Shown piece after piece: positions 29,201 to 35,200 of a stretch of DNA of 64,000 nt. The notes beneath the pieces were generated by a model. It worked only from the letters and a program-made list of their open reading frames with translations, made no database searches and was not told where the DNA came from. A program made the position numbers and the translations under genes. Source of the stretch: Diplonema japonicum (lineage: Eukaryota > Protista > Euglenozoa: Diplonemea); assembly GCA_964019335.1 (NCBI GenBank), contig OZ025661.1, positions 310,001 to 374,000 on the forward strand. Reading direction: 5' to 3'. Each line of letters starts with the position of its first letter. Position 1 is the stretch's first letter.

Positions 29201-32200
29201 CACACCTTTCGCAAACAGATGTCGTTCCCCCAGTAGCAGTCATTCGATGTATCAGCTTCGCACTCTACTTTGTCGCAGTGCGTCTCGCAGACAGTGGCAC
29301 CACAATATCCGCTTCCGGCGGAATTGACTGAGCCGGCAATGCATTCGACCTCTCCGCCAGAAAGCCTGCAATTAGTGCACACCATCCCTGCCTGTATCTG
29401 GGTGGGGGTGAGCTCGATGCAGTTAATGTGCGTGCATCCTGTCCCAGGGCAGGAAGATGGCGGTGGTGTTTTCCAATTACACTTCTCATCGGAGCGGCAT
29501 TCCAGCTTCACACCCCATTTGGAGCATGGGATGCTGCCTGTCGATGCAACTGTTGCCCCAGCAGCCTGAGATTGTTGGTGGTATTGCTGCATAGCAGCGC
29601 CGAACGGTCCTGCAGGGTCGCAGAAATTCTTGAAAACCTCTTCAAGCATGTTGTCCAATGGCACGTTGATGAAGTGGTCGTCGTGGTCATCGGAAGTGAT
29701 GGGCTTCAGCGTCTTCTCCGCGTCCCAGTCTGCCTGCGTGTGTGCTGTGCCCTTCCTCACGACAACACCAAAGGTAACCACGCCTTCTGCATCCAGTTCC
29801 TTGCGCAGGGGCGGGATGCCTTTGGATCTCTGAGGTTCCTCAGGGTTCAACTTCCCATCGGTAATGATAACCAGCACGTGCCCACGGTGCGCAGGCGACT
29901 CATGGAACACATCGACAGCATCCTTGATGGCGGTTTGCATGAATGTTTTGGATTTCATGTAGTTCTTCTCGTGCCACGTCAGATCATTCTGTAGCTCGTC
30001 CAGTGACCCGGAGAATCTACCGTCTGTGCAATCCTTTCCAGGGGGCAGTTGCGGGAGGGTACACTTGCTCCCATGCGTGGGGTCCTTCGGGTCGCACCCA
30101 TTTTTCCCGTTTCTGCACACCCAATATTTGTCAACCAGAGAGAACTGAACGAACGTCATCCTGAAGCTGCCCCCTGTCACCGTGGACGCAAGGCCTGTTG
30201 TGTGGTCTTCTCCTGTCAGGGGCAGGGTGCCCACCCAATCCTTGAGCATCTCAAGCATCGCGTAGTATCCGTGAGGATGGGACCCGAACTTCTTCTGCAT
30301 AGACCACGAACCGTCCAAAAGGAAGACAACGTCCAGATCAGGGCAGGACGACACGTGGACATCTTTGCACTGAGTGGGTGCCTGTGCTTTGTTGTCCCAG
30401 TAGCAATTTGCATTCTTCGCACACTCGCAGCTGTTGGCCATGTCGTTGCAGGACGCAGTTTTACAGTACTGGCCTTTCGTGTCGCTCCCCGACATGCACT
30501 CGGGGTTTGTATCACAGTTAGCTTTATCAATGGTCCCCATCACAGTAGGTGTGGGACCCAAGCCGGGGTAGTTCGTGTTGTGCATCGAAGTGCAGACTGT
30601 GGGCTGACATGAAGGCGGGACAACTGTGGTGTTCCAGTGACACCTCTTGTCGGAGTCGCAAGCTACCTCATCTTCCAAATACTGTGGGCAGTAGTCGTAG
30701 ACACAAGCAGAGCCATCCCAGGCACATAAAGGGCTTGTCGTGCAAGCGTTGCTGTCGAGAGGCTTGCACTTGTCCTGTGTGCACATCGATGAAGAGGCTG
30801 ACCATATGCAGTTGTCACACGGCAAGCACTCCGTCTCGTTCTTAGCTGAGACGCATTTCTTTTCCACGCAAACTGTGCCGGTCCTTTCGCATTCGCTGTT
30901 CAGGGAGCAGCTATCCGGTGTAGTGTACTGGCACACAGAATCACGGCAGACTGATGTGTCGCACTCCCAAGTACACGCGTCGTCTGCCATGCACGACGCT
31001 TCGTCAGCGTGCGCTGGGCATGAAGGGATCTTCCTGCACACGGGTGGGGCAACAGATGCGTCCCACATGCAGGTGCCCGACTTGCTTAGGCATTTCGTTT
31101 TCTCGAATACAGACTCGCAAGGCTTCAACTCACAAGAGCCAGATTCCCAAATGCACAGCAAATCGGGGTCAGCCTCGCAAGCAGCCCTGTCGGTGTATTT
31201 GCAAACGCTCTCAATGCACTCGTTTCCAGCCCACGAGCACTTCGCGTCCCCGTCGCAGCATGCCTTGTCGCAGCACTGCTTGCAGTGCGTTGCCGTGCAC
31301 GTTCCACTGATGGATGACTTGACAGAAGCACCGCAGGTGATAACAGTTCTTTCCAACTTGCACTTGTCACATTCATAAACCGTTTTGTATTGTTCAGGCA
31401 CTGGCCTGCAGTTGAGCTGCGGGCACCCGTCTTTGGAAGGACAGTCCGTAAGCTTGGGCACCCTCCACTCGCACATTTTGTCGGCGTTGCATTCCGCTTT
31501 GTACCCCCAGGCTGTGCAGGGGAAATGATCAACATTAACAGGTGGCTGCAGAGCAGAACCGAAAGCGCTGGTCGGGTCGCAGAAGGGCTTTAGGACGTTT
31601 TCAGGGATTTCGTGTAGCTGCAGGTTCATGAAGTGGCTGTCCTTAGGGTCAGAGATGAGCGGGAGCAGCTTCTTCTCCGCGTTCTCGTCTTGGAAGGTGT
31701 GGTGCGCGAACCGCCTCATGACGATGCCGAACACTTCGACGTTCTCGTCGCGTAGCTTCTGCTGTGCGTCGTCTACCATTCCTGGGTACGTCGGCTCCCA
31801 CAGAGGGTCACAACCTGTAGGGCACTGCCCGCAAGCAGTGCCAGTGCACGCGTCACCATCGTAGTCGGTCAGTCCACCGTCTGCGATGATGATCGCGACG
31901 TGTTTCCTGTGCGACGGTGAGTTCGCAGGCAGGAAGGTGGTATCCCCCACATCTCTCATGGCTTCGTGGATGTAGGTCCACCTGCCTTGGAAGTTTGCTT
32001 CGTGCCAGTTGATATCGCCCATTAGTTCGTCGATATCACCCGACAGCAGCCCGTTTGTGCATTCTCCCACAGCGCATCCCATTGGGTGATCCTCTTGTGG
32101 GAGTGCGTCCGCCTTCGAGAATTGCAGGAACGTTAGACGGAACCCACCGCCCTTCACCATGGACTTACCCCCCACGAGATGGTTCTCGTTGGTTAAAGGA

Positions 32201-35200
32201 AGCGTCTTCACCCACGACCTCAGAGTCTCCAGCAGCCCGAAGAACCCATGGGGGTGGTTGCCGAACGATCTTGACATGGACCCAGACCCATCGATAATGA
32301 AAACCACGTCTAAATCAGGACATGTGGAGTAGGCTGTGTTGGCACAGTGGTCGCCCCCAGACCCTGTGGTGTCTACCACCCAGGTGCATTCAGGGTCTTT
32401 GTTGCAAGCACAATCGTCCTTAGGGGTGTTGTAGGCATCGCAGTTGCGCACCGTGCAATGATCAGCAGGGTTTGAAGCCCAGGTGCAACCGTCGACCCGG
32501 TTGCATTCACTGGACTCAGTGTACACGCCGCAAGGAGTCTGTTTGCAGAAAGCGGGTGACACTGATACGTCCCACTCACAGACGAGGTCCGTGTTGCAGT
32601 CTAGCTCGTTGTTGTGCTTCGCGCACGGCTGGACAGTACACTGCAGCACATTATAATCCCACACGCAGTTCAGATCGTTTGAGCACTGCGGCTCTCCTGT
32701 GTACCTGCATTTCTTTTCAGCACAGTACTCCACAAGCTTCGAAGGCGGCCCCATGGGGAGGGGGCTCTCAAGTGGCACCCACTCACACCCATCCTCGCCA
32801 ATGCAAGTCCCTTCGGTCACGTGTAAGCACGGCTTGGGATAGCATGTTGTTGCTTTCGAGTCATCAAATTCACAAACGCTGACAAAACAGTAGTCCGGGT
32901 TCCCCTCTGGCCGCATACATGGTACTGGCATCTCGACGGGCTGGCTGATGCATTCGTCTTTTTCGGTGTGTGCGATGCACGGGTTCTCAACACATGTGTT
33001 GCTCTGTGCCCACATCACGTCCCACAAACATTTCAAATCGGTTGTACAGGAAGCTTCGTCAGTGTGCTTCGCGCAGCCAGGTTGTTCTCGTTTGCAGCTC
33101 CCGGCCTCCCAAGCACAGCCTGTCTTTGCTTTGCATGGTAGTTCCTCGCAGATTGGGTAACACCCGCTCACTTGGCACAGAGGGGTCTTTGTAGTATCCC
33201 ACACGCAGGTTGTATCTGCCATGCACTGGGACTCCGATTCCAAGCTGCCACAGAACGGAACAGGTTGCTGTGTGGAGGCGTCTAAGATGTTGGGCTTGGA
33301 GTTCAGACGGCACATTGTGTCGAGAACCTTCTCTTTGAAATGATCTAAATCAATATTGATGAAGTGCTCGTCCTTTGGGTCCGACGTGAGGGGCTTGAGA
33401 CTCGCTTCAGCGTTGAGGTCCTGCGACGTGTGTCCTGTTGCCTTGCGCACCACCACGCCGTACACCTTAATCCCGCTGGTGACCATTTTATCTTTTAGCT
33501 TTGTCACCTCCGAGACGTCGTCGTGCAGCTCACCATCAGAGATGATGAAAAGTGCCTTGCCCCTTGCCGGGGAGCTCGTCTTAAAGATGTTCTCCGCCAT
33601 GAGAAGCCCTTCTTTTATCTCCGTCTTCCCTGCGGACCATGCCTTGCAGTACAGGTTCTCGAGGAACGAGACATCTTGCGATAATGTGGCGAAGTCGCCC
33701 CCGAGCGCGCCTGCAGCATTGTTTGTGGTCCCTGTCGTCTGCTTCCATGTCTTTTGTGTGGCGCACCTGTCTGCAGAAGTAGGCTTTGAGTCGACTGCCG
33801 CGGCAGCGTACAAAGGATTCCCGAACATGATGAGACTGGCTCTCAGCCCATATGGGTCGTTGGCGGTGGGGGCTAGTTCTGTCTGGTGCAGCCAATCACG
33901 CATCTCCTCCATCATGCCGTAGAACCCACTTGGGTGCGCTCCGAAGCGGGCGTCCATCGAGCCTGAACCGTCCAGCAGGAAGACAATGTCTGTCGGTGGG
34001 CATCTAAACTGAGGATTCACGCAGTGCGGTGTTGTCCCCGATTCGTCCCAAAGGCACTGCGGCGACGCAGCAACACACGCACACTTTTCAGTGACATCGG
34101 AACAAGTCAACTGCGAGCACTTCCGTTCCCCAGGCAGGTCGTTGTTCCAGTAGCAAGGACCCATGCCTGCTGTGTCGGCATTGCAAGCTGTCTCTGTCAG
34201 GTGTTCGTTGGGGCAGTAGTCATCTTTGCAGCTGGGAGGGCTTGTCTCCACATCCCAGCTGCACAGGACATCCTCCTCGCACACCTGCTCGTTGTCGTAG
34301 GCGTAGCAACCATCAACAACGCAGATGGAGAACTCGTACGATGTCTCGTCCCACGTGCACGACCCTGCAGGCAGGTGTGCCTCGCAGACCGCTTGGTTGG
34401 TGAAGGCAGCACACCCTGCGACCAGCATCACCGTGCCGTAGACGTCGTCCTCGCTGACGCACAGATCGCCGACACCACCCCATTCACAGAAGTAGCCCGT
34501 GGCAGACGTGTGCTCGTAGGGGTGGTCGCTCCACTTCCCTTCCATGTAGAACCCGTAGTCCTCGCCAGTTGTGTCGCAGGACCCGCCGGTGCAGGTGGTT
34601 TGTTCGTTAGGTTCCGTGGCTGCCCAGTTTGTGAATACGCCTGCTGCGCTTTTGAAACTGGACCCGACACCGGACCCAATGAGCATCCCCTTCCCGCAGT
34701 CAGGACCTGTGCAAGGGGTTTTCTTACTAGGGAGGGGGTAGCCGAGGTCGCAAGCGGAGCGAGCGGGAGTCGTGAGGGTAGTGTCGTATGGGGGGCAGCC
34801 CTCGGGGCCAGTGGCCCATCTCCATTCGCCTTCAATGGCGACGTCGGTGGAACCGATCCAACCGGCGCCGCTGAGGCTGGTCTCGGCAGGGTCTGTGATG
34901 GTGGCGAGGTACCCGACAAGGCCGAGGATGTCGTTGGAGGTGTCGGAACAGCCTGCTTGCGCGTCGGTCCAGTGACACGAAGCGGCGGGGCAGGAGAAGC
35001 GTTTGTAGAAATGGCTAGTTGTGGTGGAATACACGGCGTTGCCATAGTTGTAGGTTAAGCGGCGAGAGGTGCCATCCCCGGACATGGAACGGAACTTCAC
35101 ACTCGCGATTGCCTCCGTGTGGTCTTCAAGGGGGGCCTTCCCTGCGATGCTGAGAACGCCCGTGGTGGCATCAAACTGCGCAGTAAGCCCTAGAGTGCTG

